This document shows positions 39,646-51,929 of a stretch of 64,000 nucleotides of DNA, piece after piece (position 1 is the first letter of the stretch; each line of letters begins with the position of its first letter). A program made the translations under genes and the position numbers. The notes beneath the pieces are model-generated. The model worked only from the letters and a program-made list of their open reading frames with translations, was not told where the DNA came from and made no database searches. Location of the stretch: positions 135,222,001 through 135,286,000 of the forward strand of contig NC_043001.1 in assembly GCF_006345805.1 (NCBI RefSeq), given 5' to 3'. The DNA is from Octopus sinensis (taxonomy: Eukaryota).

Positions 39646-39801
39646 GACGGGCTTCTTTTAGTTTCCGTCTACCAATTCCACTCACAAGGCTTTGGTTGGC
39701 CCGAGGCTATAGCAGAAGACACTTGCCCAAGGTGCCATGCAGTGAGACTGAACCCAGAACCATGTGGTTGGTAAGCGAGCTACTTACCACACAGCCACTC
39801 C
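39378..39801 (-). mobile_element. SINE family A, full length
   Basis: Family match. Confidence 0.92.
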
Positions 39802-39982
39802 TATGCCTATACATAGGTGCATAATATTAAAAAATACTTCATATTTTATTACGACCAGACAGTAGATGAGACTAGAAATGAGTTTCAATGCAGTTACTCA
39901 ACCAGCAAGAAATTGCAGCTACATTTTCCTTAAACCATGTCTTATTGCCTTTAAAAATGATAGTATAATGTAGTTCTAGAAT

Positions 39983-40365
39983 GTGTCTGTGTGGTAAGAA
40001 GCTTGCTTCCCAACCACATGGTTTTGGGTTCAATCCCACTGCATGGCACCTTGGGCAAGTGTCTTCTACTATAGCCTCGGGCTGACCAAAGCCCTTGGGA
40101 GTGGATTTGGAAGATGGAGACTGAAAGAAACCTGTCATATATATATAATATATATATATATATATGTGTGTTTGTGTTTGTCTTCCTTTCATCACTTGAC
40201 TACTGATGTTGATGTGTCTACACCCTTGTAACTTAGTGATTCAGCAAAAGAGACCAATAGAATATGTACCAGGCTTACAAGGAATTAGTCCTGTGGTCGA
40301 TTTGTTTGACTAAAAAGGCAGTGCTCCAGCATGGCTGCAGTCAAATGGCTGAATCAAGTAAAAGA
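39983..40365 (+). mobile_element. SINE family A, full length
   Basis: Family match. Confidence 0.9.
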
Positions 40366-40852
40366 AAAAAAAGTATATATATAATTAGTTAGAAAGGGAT
40401 TTCTCTAAATGTTTACCAGTTTACTCACAATTATGCATTCAAAATAGGTTATTCAAGGGTTAGCACATAAATCCAGTAATAACTCTACAATAATATGGAT
40501 ATTTTATTCTGTTCCTGCTATTCTGTTAACATTATTCTGTGTTTGAGAATTAATCATTTCTGTATCTTTCAATACATCTCAATGGTTCTAGAGCAAACTT
40601 TGTTTACTTTCATTGTAATTTGAATTTAATGTTAGCGTCTTATAAGCTAAATATATAAGTTCAAAAATTGCAGATTAATTTGTCAGTGAGCAGTTAGCTT
40701 AATGGTAAAGTGTTATGACCGGTAATCACAGGGATGTGAGTTTGAGTCCCATGGCTGGCTGCTGGCAAATTTTTCTGCAATAATATGGATATTTTATCCT
40801 GTTCCTGCAATTCTGCATTTGAGAATTAATTATTTATATATACATATATATA

Positions 40853-41239
40853 TACTCTTTTACTTGTTTCAGTCATTTGACTGTGGCCATGCTGGAGCAC
40901 TGCCTTTAGTTGAGCAAATCAACTCCAGGACTTATTCTTTGTAAGCTTAGTACTTTGTAACTTGTTGAACTGCTAAGTTACAGGGATGTAAACACACCAG
41001 CATCAATTGTCAAGTGATGTTGGGAAGACAAATACAGACACAGAAATACATACACACACATACATATATATACATAAATACGACGGGCTTCTTTCAGTTT
41101 CCGTCTACCAAATCCACTCACAAGGCTTTGGTCAGCCCGAGGCTATAGTAGAAGACACTTGCTCAAGGTGCCATGCAGTGGGATTGAACCTGGAACCATG
41201 TGGTTGGTAAGCAAGCTACTTACCATACAGCCACTCCTA
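40853..41239 (-). mobile_element. SINE family A, full length
   Basis: Family match. Confidence 0.92.
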
Positions 41240-43019
41240 TGCCTATATATATATGTGTGTGTGTGAGTGTGTGTGTACTCTTGTCCTGACATCATGTGAC
41301 TGTTGTAAATGAGCATCATTGTCTATACAAGTGGTGTTGTCCATTTTCAATCTTCCACAGTAAAACATGTCTAGCCAAGGGTAAATATTACCTTGCTTTG
41401 GAACAGGCAAGGGTTGGCTACAGGAAAGGTATCCAGATGTAGAAAATCCACCTCGATGAATTCTGCCTCAACCATGGATGAGTGGACCCATGATGAAGAG
41501 AGATAGATAGAGAGAGAGAGGGGGGGGGGAAGAGAGATAAAAAGTGAGATAGACTAAGTCTGGTATAGATGGGATGGTCATGCTTGGAATATCATTGATC
41601 AGAAGTCTATTCAATCATAGTTGACTTGGTACTACATATCATCATTATCATCAGCAACAACAGCACAAACAACTAAGTGTCCAAGAGTGTATTTGAACTC
41701 ATGATCCAGTTTGACTGGTTGGTGGTAGTCAAACACTCCCCATTACATATACCTTCGGAGAATTCGTTTCCACAATCCTTCTTCCTGTTTCCTATTTATC
41801 ATCTATTTCCAATGTCAGAAAATATTATAGTTTTTAGTACATTTCACATGAAACATGATAATGAAGAAAAATTAGAATTGAAAGTTGATGAAAACAAATA
41901 AACAATAAAAATATAAAATAAAAAAAAAAGAATAATGTAAAGAAAAATACATACACAATAAAAAAAACACACAACCAGCCCTGCAGAACATTTTGTGAAC
42001 ACTTTTATTTCTCTTTGTCGATTTTCCATTTAAAACGCTGACTTTATGGTGCTTTCTCACAGCATATTAGCCAGACATGCAAGATTCCGTGATATCATTG
42101 AGAGCGATATTTCTGCATACAGCAATTCAGTATGGTTTTTATTACTATTACTGTTCGATATTGTTTACATAGTAAACAATATTGTTTACAAAATCACTGC
42201 AGCTATAAATATAAATATAATGATGATGATGACATAACAACATGGAACTTATTTACTAAAAGTAAAGAAAAAAATCCTACAAAAACAAATATGTTTACTC
42301 TCCATGTGTATTTTTACATTTGTGGTGAAGGATGGTTAAATAAGACATACCTGCATGGAAACATGACATGCTAAAAATAGCAGCTAAATAAGTGCGATCA
42401 TGACTGTGTGGTTACGAAGCTTGTTTTGCAGCCATGTGGTTTCAAGTTCAGTCCCACTGTGCAGTACCTTGGGCAAATGTCTTTTACTATAGTCCTAGGT
42501 CAGCCAATGCCTAGTGAGTGAAAATGATTGATGGAAACTGTGTGGAAGCCAGCCATTATATATATATATATATATACATAACCACCATCACCATATATAA
42601 ACCAGCGACCGCAAATCGCTAAGCCCACTCGCTTTCAACTCCACTACGAATGCACAGCTCATGAACGGCTAAAAGTTAAGATTTCTTCTTTCAACCTCGC
42701 TTCCTACTACCCTCTGCACGTATAATCACTATTCCTCCAGTTTCCTTCAATTTCTCTCTCATATTTTCCTTCAAATTGACTTCTCTGATACTTTCAAACC
42801 TACTTTCTTGCTATCACGATTTTTCAGTACCCTCTATTCATATTTTCTTTCAGTTTTCAACATACCATTCATGTAATGTTTTTCGTTTAGCCTTGTCTCG
42901 TCTCCCTATTTGCTCCCGTTTCATAGCCACTCATCGTCTCCCCTAAAAATTGACTTCTCTGATACTTTCAAACCTACTTTCTTGCTATCACGATTAACAG
43001 AATCCTCTTGCTAGTTTGG

Positions 43020-44537
43020 GGTCGACCCCCCCACCCCTTCAGGTAGATGGCCCTGCTCAATCTGTAGAAAAGGTGTAGGTAGAAACTCTATAAGATGCAC
43101 CAAGTGTAAGCTATGGACACATAAGAGGTGCAGCAATGTCATAGGAAGGCTAACTAGGAAGATGGTTTTTGTATGTGGCAGATGCTCGGGAGCATTAACC
43201 TCTGAAAATCTGCAGAAAACAACTTCCGTCACTTTCCAGGGGGAAAAACTAGAAGTAGTTGATAGCTTCCGTTATCTTGGTGACCAAGTCAGTAGTGGGG
43301 GTGGGTGTGCTGAAAGTGTAACGGCTAGAGTAAGAATAGCCTGGGCAAAGTTTAGGGAGCTCTTACCTCTGTTGGTGACTAAAGGCCTCTCGCTCAGAGT
43401 AAAAGGCAGACTGTATGATGCATGTGTACGAACAGCCATGCTACATGGCAGTGAAACATGGGCCGTGACTGCTGAGGACATGCGTAAGCTCGCGAGAAAT
43501 GAAGCTAGTATGCTCCGTTGGATGTGTAATGTCAGTGTTCATAGTCGACAGAGTGTAAGTACCTTGAGAGAAAAGTTGGACCTAAGAGGAATCAGATGTT
43601 GTGTGCAAGAGAGACGATTGCGCTGGTATGGTCATGTGGTGAGAATGGATGAAGATAGGTGTGTGAAAAAGTGCCACACCCTGGCAGTTGAGGGGACCTG
43701 TGGAAGAGGTAGACCCAGGAAAACCTGGGTCGAGGTGGTGAAGCACGACCTTCGAACTCTAGGTCTCACCAAGGAAATGACCAGAGACCGAGACCTATGG
43801 AAGTATGCTGTGCGTGAGAAGACCCGGCAAGACCAGTGAGAACAATCAAAATCAAATCATATATCAGAAAGCAGGGGTTAAGTGACCCATCCATTTGTGT
43901 CCGCTGTCAGCCTCGTCTGGCACCCGTGCCGGTGATACGTAAAAGCACCATTCGCTCATGGCCATTTGCCAGCTCTGCCTGGCCCCGTGTCGGTGGTACG
44001 AAAAAGCACCATCCGTTCGTGTTCGTTGCCAGCCTCGCCTGGCCCCGTGCCGGTGACACGTAAAAGCACCGTCTGTTCGTGGCTGTTTGCCAGCTCTGTC
44101 TGGCCCCGTGTCGGTGGCACGTAAAAGCACCATCCGTCCGTGTCCGTTGCCAGCCCTGTCTGGCCCCCGTGCCGGTGACACGTAAAAGCACCGTCCGCAC
44201 GTGGCCATTTGCCAGCTCTGTCTGGCAACCGTGTCGGTGGCACGTAAAAGCACCATCCGTTCGCGTCCGTTGCCAGCCTCGCTGGCCCCGTGCCGGTGAC
44301 ACGTAAAAGCACCATCCGTTTGTGGCCGTTCGCCAGCTCTGTCTGGCACCTGTGCAGGTGGCACGTAAAAACACCCACTACACTCGCGGAGTGGTTGGCG
44401 TTAGGAAGGGCATCCAGCCATAGAAACACTGCCAGATCTGACTGGGCCTGACAAAGCCTTCCAGCTTCACAGACCCCAGTTGACCCGTCCAACCCATGCT
44501 AGCATGGAAAGCGGACGCTAAACGATGATGATGATGA

Positions 44538-44541
<4 letters not shown>
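43020..44541 (+). mobile_element. Young 5'-truncated RTE LINE
   Basis: Open frame, CpG retained, 3' UTR with eight ~61-bp repeats (~43900-44380), (GAT)n tail. Confidence 0.93.
43045..43839 (+). CDS. RTE ORF C-terminal part: PHD-like zinc finger plus post-RT region (partial, no native start)
   Basis: RWPCSICRKGVGRNSIRCTKCKLWTHKRC...CGRC in frame with LEVVDSFRYLGD...YGSETW-like HGSETW...RLRWYGHVVRM...RGRPRKTW. Confidence 0.85.
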   Translation, partial: RWPCSICRKGVGRNSIRCTKCKLWTHKRCSNVIGRLTRKMVFVCGRCSGALTSENLQKTTSVTFQGEKLEVVDSFRYLGDQVSSGGGCAESVTARVRIAWAKFRELLPLLVTKGLSLRVKGRLYDACVRTAMLHGSETWAVTAEDMRKLARNEASMLRWMCNVSVHSRQSVSTLREKLDLRGIRCCVQERRLRWYGHVVRMDEDRCVKKCHTLAVEGTCGRGRPRKTWVEVVKHDLRTLGLTKEMTRDRDLWKYAVREKTRQDQ

Positions 44542-44585
<44 letters not shown>

Positions 44586-44587
44586 GT

Positions 44588-44982
44588 AGGAGTGGCTGTG
44601 TGGTAAGTAGCTTGCTCACGAACCACATGGTTCCGGGTTCAGTCCCACTGCGTGGCACCTTGGGCAAGTGTCTTCTACTATAGCCTCGGGCCGACCAAAG
44701 CCTTGTGAGTGGATTTGGTAGACGGAAACTGAAAGAAGCCCATCGTATATATGTATATATATATGTGTATGTGTATATGTTTGTGTGTCTGTGTTTGTCC
44801 CTCGAACATCGCTTGACAACCGATGCTGGTGTGTTTACGTCGCCGTAACTTGGCGGTTCGGCAAAAGAGACCGATAGAATAAGTACTAGGCTTACAAAGA
44901 ATAGGTCCTGGTGTCGATTTGCTCAACTAAAAAGGTGGTGCTCCATCATGGCCACAGTCAAATGACTGAAACAAGTAAAAGA

Positions 44983-44984
<2 letters not shown>
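44588..44984 (+). mobile_element. SINE family A, full length, near consensus
   Basis: CpGs intact. Confidence 0.93.
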
Positions 44985-45033
<49 letters not shown>

Positions 45034-45450
45034 GGGCATGCAGTGATCTTTCTGGCTGGGGAAGCAATGACTAAAATTTTCTGTCACTTATATATTTGAA
45101 TCAAATTGACATGTTCATACTATACAGTTATTTTTAGAATAAAAAAAGATCATAATTAAAACTTACCTATTTTATTTAAATGTTAGTTCAATCTGTAATG
45201 ATGAAGATTATTTTCATAACAGTTGAAATTTAATTGTAACAGCATGTTGTAAGATGGGAAAAATGAACAATGCATGAAGTTTTAAAGAAGTATTTATTTA
45301 CTGTTACATTGTATGTACCTTGCCTCAACGGGCAGGTGATAAAATCCCAAAGCATGCAAAGTAAAGATAGATGTCTTAGACTTTCCTTGTATGACTTGTG
45401 TTTATGTTCTCGTCATTGTGTTGTAGTAATTACAAATGGAGATAGAATGA

Positions 45451-45797
45451 TGTTGTAAGAGAAAATAAAGTGAGCTAGTGAGAGTGAGAGTGTGGGCAAG
45501 TTGTCTCATAGTTGCTGAATGTAAACTTCATTTCTCTCTCTAGCCATTTGTCTTTAACAGTTGCCTGCTTGTGACCATGATTCTAGTGTTCCATTCTGTA
45601 ACTGATGGTAGCTGTCTCTGACTTGAGTTGTCACTCACTAACTAACTGATTGACTTGTCATGAGCTGACTAACTGATTTCTGCTTGGGGTTCTTGCTTTT
45701 ATAACTATCCAGAATGGATTTCGTTGGTGGTACTTGTTATCTTAATTCTAGCTTTTGGTGAAGTAGAAGAGGTTAGAAGGGTCAAGTGGTGAAGACA
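45451..45797 (-). mobile_element. Possible solo LTR
   Basis: TG...CA ends and TATAAAAG on the minus strand; no TSD found. Confidence 0.35.
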
Positions 45798-45849
45798 TTA
45801 TTTCGGCCTAGTTAAGGCATTGGGAAAATGTAAAACTGCTGTCACAGAA

Positions 45850-47330
45850 AAAAAAACCCATTGTTCTAACGTGAGAAAAGTACTGTTGAACTGTAAATTT
45901 GGCCATGGTGGATCGAATCCACTTCATGCCTGCAAGATTCATTACAAATCCTTTTCTCTTTCTTGTTGATAACATCATTGTAGAAGGTACAACCTTCCTT
46001 GTATAATTATGAATTCTCTTCAGGTATGAAAAGGAGCACTCCAATGAAGCACTTGTTGCTGGTAGATAAAATAATAAATGCGCCCTTTTAAAGCCTAGCC
46101 AGGCACATGGGCCTGGTTTCCCAGTTTCTATGGCGTATGTGTTCCCCAGGTGGACAGGATGCCAGTCCATCACAGCGTTACTCATTTTTGCCAGCTGAGT
46201 GGACTGGAGCAACATGAAATGAAGTGTTTTGCTCAAGAACACAACGTGTCGCCTGGTCCAGGAATCGAAACCACAATCTTATGATCATAATGCTGACACC
46301 TTAACCACTAAGCCACGCACCTCCACTGTTGCTGGTAGTGTTAATATTAATTCACAAAGCTTCGTTAACTGGGGCAGTTTCATCTAATCCACTATTATAC
46401 CGAATGTAAAGTAAATCTTGAATGGATTTTCCTTTTAGTTCAGCATCTTTGTACAAGGCAGTAAGTTCACTTCTTAACTTTTGACTGTTGAAATGGTCTC
46501 CATAAGAATGTTTAAGGCAAGTTACAAATGTTTTCTGGATGTTGTTATTTTGTCTCATTGGATCGAGAAGCGCTAAAAAATGTAATTCATTTAAATTTTG
46601 AAATCGTATCTGTTTGCTCGCAAATTGAATCTAAAATTTTGTAGAACAGCTGTCTGTATCTTTCTTCTGTTTCAAACGCATTTTTTCTTTTCTTCATTTG
46701 AAGATAAATGCCATCAACGTTAGCCCAAAATTCAGAAAATTCATGCTTTTTTTCTTTCAAAACTTTCACAATTTCATTTACTTAGTAGGATATGTCAAAT
46801 GTTTTTTTTTTTTCTGGAGGGTGTCGAATACTGCATTTGTGTAAATAAAAATATCTCCTAACACATTTAACAAAAAACTGAATTCACAATTTTGTAAATT
46901 AGAATACAACGCTTGAGCATAGGTATAGCTTTCAGTGTCCCATTTACTTGACTTATCAATGATGTTTAGGAATAAATCAGCAAGTTGCTCATGATATTCA
47001 CGTAATGTTTCTGCCAATGAATGATTCAAGTTCCAGCGAGTTGGCACCACTTTTGGAAAACGCTTTTTAATTTCAGTATCTAATTTCAGATGCATGTGTT
47101 TGGTCGACTTACAAAAAAAATGACGAAAAATACTTGATCTTTGGAAAAAAAACTTATCGCTTTCTTGAATATTTGCAGCCACTTGAGACAGAACTTAGAT
47201 TTAATCTATGGGCCATACAATGAACAAAAAAAAGGGTTTTCTGTAATTTGAAGAAGTATAAAATGTTAGTAGAATAAACACAGAAAACAAGGCGCATTAT
47301 CTTTTCGTTTTTCTTATGGATGCAGAATGT
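45850..47330 (-). pseudogene. hAT (ZMYM1-like/DUF4371-type) transposase pseudogene
   Basis: FVHCMAHRLNL, FPKVVPTRWN, LPATSASLECSFSYLKRIHNYTR; several frameshifts. Confidence 0.88.
46075..46328 (-). mobile_element. SINE with family D head and a different tail, inside the hAT transposase
   Basis: gtggcttagtggttaagg...gtttcgattcc...ttcttgagcaaaacacttcatttc. Confidence 0.85.
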
Positions 47331-47895
47331 CAACTTGCTTCTCTTTTCCAATGATGATGACATAACAACATGGAACTTATTTACTAAAAGTAAAGAAAAA
47401 AACCCTACAAAAACAAATATATTTACTCTCCATGTATATTTTTACGTTTGTGGTGAAGGATGATTAAATAAGACATACCTACATGGAAACATGACATGCT
47501 AAAAATATCATAGGTATTGCAAATTGACAGAAATTTAATCTAAGCGTATAAGTATTTATTAGCATCTAAAACTATTCGCTATCAGTTCTTACTAGCAAAA
47601 AATTGTCTTTGTGGCATTTTTAACCGAAAAAATGTTAAAATATTACATCGGAAGGGATGCAACAGCTCGTATTCCTTCCCTTGCAAGATTTTTTATTATT
47701 TTTTTGTGTCGTCAGCCACTGCTTCTTGTTTCATGCTAATTCTGACAATAAAAGAGTGAAGCCTTTTATACTAATTTTACAGAACATTAGAAGAACGATC
47801 TTATGAAAAATAAGTAATATAGTTTCAATTTTGATTCTATAATTTTTAAGGAAGCATTGCTTCCATGGACCACTCGCCTATGATATATATATATA

Positions 47896-48019
47896 TTTGT
47901 ACAATTTCTCCATTTTATATATATATATCATCATCATCATCATCATCATTTAAAACGGACATTAAATGATGATGATGATGATGATGATATATATATATAA
48001 AATGGAGAAATTGTACAAA
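47896..48019. repeat. Perfect palindrome, 58-bp arms, 8-nt loop
   Basis: Arms 47896-47953 and 47962-48019 checked base by base. Confidence 0.93.
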
Positions 48020-48658
48020 ATGCATAAATGGATGATGAGTACAGCACCGGCACAGTTTCGATTACCTTTTGTTATCCATAAATTTACTGCAGGGACTTTG
48101 TAGTATATATGTATTTATGTGTGTGTGTGTGTTGATGTTTGTTCCTCCACCATTGCTTGTGTTTATATCCTTGTAACTTAGCAGTTTGGTAAAAGAAACT
48201 GATAGAATAAGTATTAGGTTTAATAAGTCCTGGGGTTGACTTCTTTGAATAAAAAACCCTTCAAGGTCGTGCTCCAACATGGCCACAGTCAAATGACTGA
48301 AACAAATAAAAGAATAAAAAAATAAAAGGTGTGTGTGTGTGTGTGCTGCTTGTCCCCAACACTTCTTGACAACTGTTCAGAGCTGCTTTAGTAACATTAT
48401 AGCCCCTGAGGTGAATCAATACACTGGGTCCCAATGGTATATATTTATTGAGCATACATATATCAGAATTGGGCCATAGACCCGTGAGGTCCCTGAGCAA
48501 TTGCCAAGCGTGTCCATGCCTTAAGACAGTATTGCAACTGGTATTGATTTTTTTTTTTTTTTGTATGTGTAACTTAGTAGTTTGACAAAAGTGACTGATA
48601 AAATAAATACTGAACTTTAAAAACAAATGAATACTGGGATTGATTTGTTCAACTAAAT

Positions 48659-48780
48659 CAGTGATTCCTAAACTTTTTGGGCTGTCACACCCCTTGGTAC
48701 TCACGTCACATTCCTAGAGCCCCCTTTCTCTCACCACCACAAACAGACCACTTTGTAAAGCAAATTCAAACCGACTGTTT
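48659..48780. mobile_element. hAT-type terminus, partial
   Basis: cagtgattcctaaact resembles the TIR at 51930; no partner end found. Confidence 0.5.
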
Positions 48781-49544
48781 TTCACAAATAAAATTTAACC
48801 TAATTAACCCATTATTTTGTTGTTTTCTTTAATACGAAATAACGTCGAAAATTTAAACTTTTCTCAACAACTTCATGTATGTAGAAATTGTTAGACTCTC
48901 ATATGATACCCGTCCATGGCACATCAAACATGTTACAGACAATATCCAATGCTTCATAATGAGATAAAGTGCTTTGCCCTTGTGCTTGGGGGAAGAGTTC
49001 TTTAGATAAGTTTTGGTATATCACTATCGTCATTTTCCGTTTTTTTTTCGTTCCTTTAAAGACAACAAACCTTTTTTTTTATGATGGTAAGCTGCAAGTT
49101 AACCTAGGTAACTTAAAGAATCCTTGTTTTTCTATTGATTTTTATGTCATATAGAAAAGTAAGTTTTTACAGTATGGTAAAAATATGGAAAAAAAAAATT
49201 AAAACAACGGAAATTGAAACAAAAACAAAAACAAAAAATTATTTTAACCCTTTAGCATTTAAACAGGCCATATCTGGCCCAAATTTTCTACCTGTTTTGT
49301 ATTCAAACCAATTAGATCCTGGCTCCTCACACCTACCCTACAATATTATCCTGCTAGCGATTTCATTGGTTAAAATTCGTAAAAATTAAACTATGTTTAA
49401 GTTACGAATTACAATTTTGTTTACAATAATGTTTTCTTTTGACACATTCTACCAGTATACGAAGTTTCAAATTTTTTGGTTAACTAGGAAAATCTGGCCT
49501 TCAAAAAGAAAAGATCCTATATATATATATATATATACACTCTT

Positions 49545-49975
49545 TTTTTACTCTTTTACTTATTTCAGTCATTTGACTATGGCCATGCTGGAGCACCACC
49601 TTTAGTCGAGCAAATCGACCCCAGGACTTATTCTTTGTAAGCCTAGTACTTATTCTATCGGTCTCTTTTGCCGAACCGCTAAGTTACGGGGATTTGAACA
49701 CACCATCATCGGTTGTCAAGCGATGTTGGGGGGACAAACACTGACACACAAACATATACACACACACACATACATATATACGACGGGCTTCTTTTAGTTT
49801 CCGTCTACCAAATCCATTCACAAGTCTTTGGTCGGCCCGAGGCTATAGTAGAAGACACTTGCCCAAGGTGCTACGCAGTGGAACTGAACTCGGAACCATG
49901 TGGTTCGTAAGCAAGCTACTTACCACACTTTGCTCCAGCATGGCCAAAGTCAAATGACTGAAACAAGTAAAAGAG
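49545..49975 (-). mobile_element. SINE family A with an inverted copy of its tail at the head end (49931-49975)
   Basis: tgctccagcatggcc...gactgaaacaagtaaaagag is the reverse complement of ~49550-49595. Confidence 0.85.
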
Positions 49976-50053
49976 TATATTTGTGTAGGTATGAGTGTGT
50001 GAGTACATATGTACAATATGTATTTTTGTGCCTGTATATGTGATTGTGTGTAA

Positions 50054-50145
50054 ATATATTTATGTATGTTGCATGTACCCCCTCTACCAGTAAGCAGCCA
50101 CCTGCTTACTGGTAGAGGGGGTACATGCAACATACATAAATATAT
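50054..50145. repeat. Perfect palindrome, 44-bp arms, 4-nt loop
   Basis: Arms 50054-50097 and 50102-50145 checked base by base. Confidence 0.95.
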
Positions 50146-50508
50146 GTAAGTGTGCAAGTGTATTTCAGCATTCAATTTGCTCGTGGACATGAAAAGCAAT
50201 GTCAATGTTAACAGCATATTTAAAAAAATTAAAGAAATAAATTTTTTTTACAGAAACTGTAGTACGTCACCAAATTGGTGGTCACGTCTATTGGTGGTCA
50301 CGGAGTAAATAATATCAAGCCGAAAGACCGAATACTATTGGTTAAAATTCTAATTATTAAACAATGTTAAACTTAGAAGTTACAATTCCGTTTTCATTCT
50401 GGTTTACAATTAAGTTTACTTTTGACACATTCTACCAGTATACGAAGTTTAAAATTGTTTGGTTCAGTAGGAAAAATTTGAAAAAACAGGCGACGAAAAT
50501 GAAAAGAT

Positions 50509-50550
<42 letters not shown>

Positions 50551-51668
50551 CGTGTGTGAGCATGTTGCTTCACTGTTTAACTTGGTTATGGACAATGGAT
50601 GTACCTATGTGTTTGAGCGTGTTTCACTGTTCAGGTTGCTCGCAGACCTGAAAGGCAATGTCGCCATCACAAGCACATGAAAAAAAATTCTAAGAAATAA
50701 AGTTTTTTTTTTATGGAACTGAAGGAATGCCAAATTTTGAAAAATCTCGGCCAAAATGAAGAAATTCCAACTTATGTGGGACTGCTATTCTGAAAGTCCG
50801 TGTTAGGATTCTAAAAGTGCAGTCAAAATACCGATTTCTTATTAAGAACCTTAACAGAAAGAATAACCAATTTGATGGAGAGTGTATTGCTATTTCTAGC
50901 AGATAAATGCGTACGTAGATATACCCTCATTAGCTCGAAATGTTGTAGGTGGAAGTCGTTATAAAGACATCGTTTTTAGGTCTGGTAGTGTAGAAATATC
51001 ATCTGTAACCTATTTAGTTTTTAGCAACAAACATTGCTGCAGAAACCTCTTTATCACAACACACTAACATACATGGCTTTTAAGCTGGGAACAGTTTTCC
51101 CACGCATCAACACCAAAAACAATCTTTACGTAATTAAGTGGTGGATATACACTTAGATAAACGTGGTTTAAACTTAATATATCATAAGAAAGTTCCAGAA
51201 AAAATGTTTAATCACCAAAGTGAAGTGAAACAGTTAGAAACCTTGTTATATTATATTAATCTTATTATTCTTCATTCATACCTTTTTAATTTTATTATTT
51301 TTGTTATTTCTACAAAATATTTTCACTCCGTTTTATATTCATTTTGTGATATACGAGTATGATTACCAGCCAGGAATATTTTATAAAACATGTGAAAACG
51401 ACAAGAGGATGTATTATATGGCAAGTGCTTTGATGTCTGTCAGTAATAAAAGGAAGTAGTGAAAATAGACGTTGAGGGCTTTTGATAAATAAATGACTTA
51501 ACAGCATTTAGCTTTGTTCGTATACACTCGGATTTCGAACCTTTCTGTGTTAACTAAACTTTTCATCCCCTCCAAGGTCAATAAACTAGGTATCTTTAAG
51601 GTGACCGGGGTAAACATCAGTTTTAGCCAGGGAAAAAAAGTCACATTTCGTCTGAATCCTATACAACT

Positions 51669-51848
51669 GGATCTTTTCATTTTCGTCGCCTGGACCGCAG
51701 ATCTTTCTAGTTAACTAAACAATTTGAAACTTCGTGTACTAGTAGAGTGTCTCAAAACAAAACACTAATTCCAACTTGTTTATTTGAGAAAAATCTATTT
51801 TATGACTTTAATCGTAGATTAAAACAGGCGACGAAAATGAAAAGATCC
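51669..51848. mobile_element. MITE with perfect 24-bp TIR
   Basis: ggatcttttcattttcgtcgcctg / caggcgacgaaaatgaaaagatcc; related right ends at ~50486-50509 and ~49510. Confidence 0.8.
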
Positions 51849-51929
51849 TAGAACTGAAATAATAAAACAACAAATATTTTAAATCGTATATTAACTGATA
51901 GTACATGACGTACACATAATATATTACAT

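Larger units (their letters stand above)
45031..47882 (-). mobile_element. Decayed hAT DNA transposon inserted into (TA)n
   Basis: Termini caggggc...ggaagcaatg and cattgcttcc...cgcctatg; atatatat on both flanks; internal transposase fragments. Confidence 0.75.
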
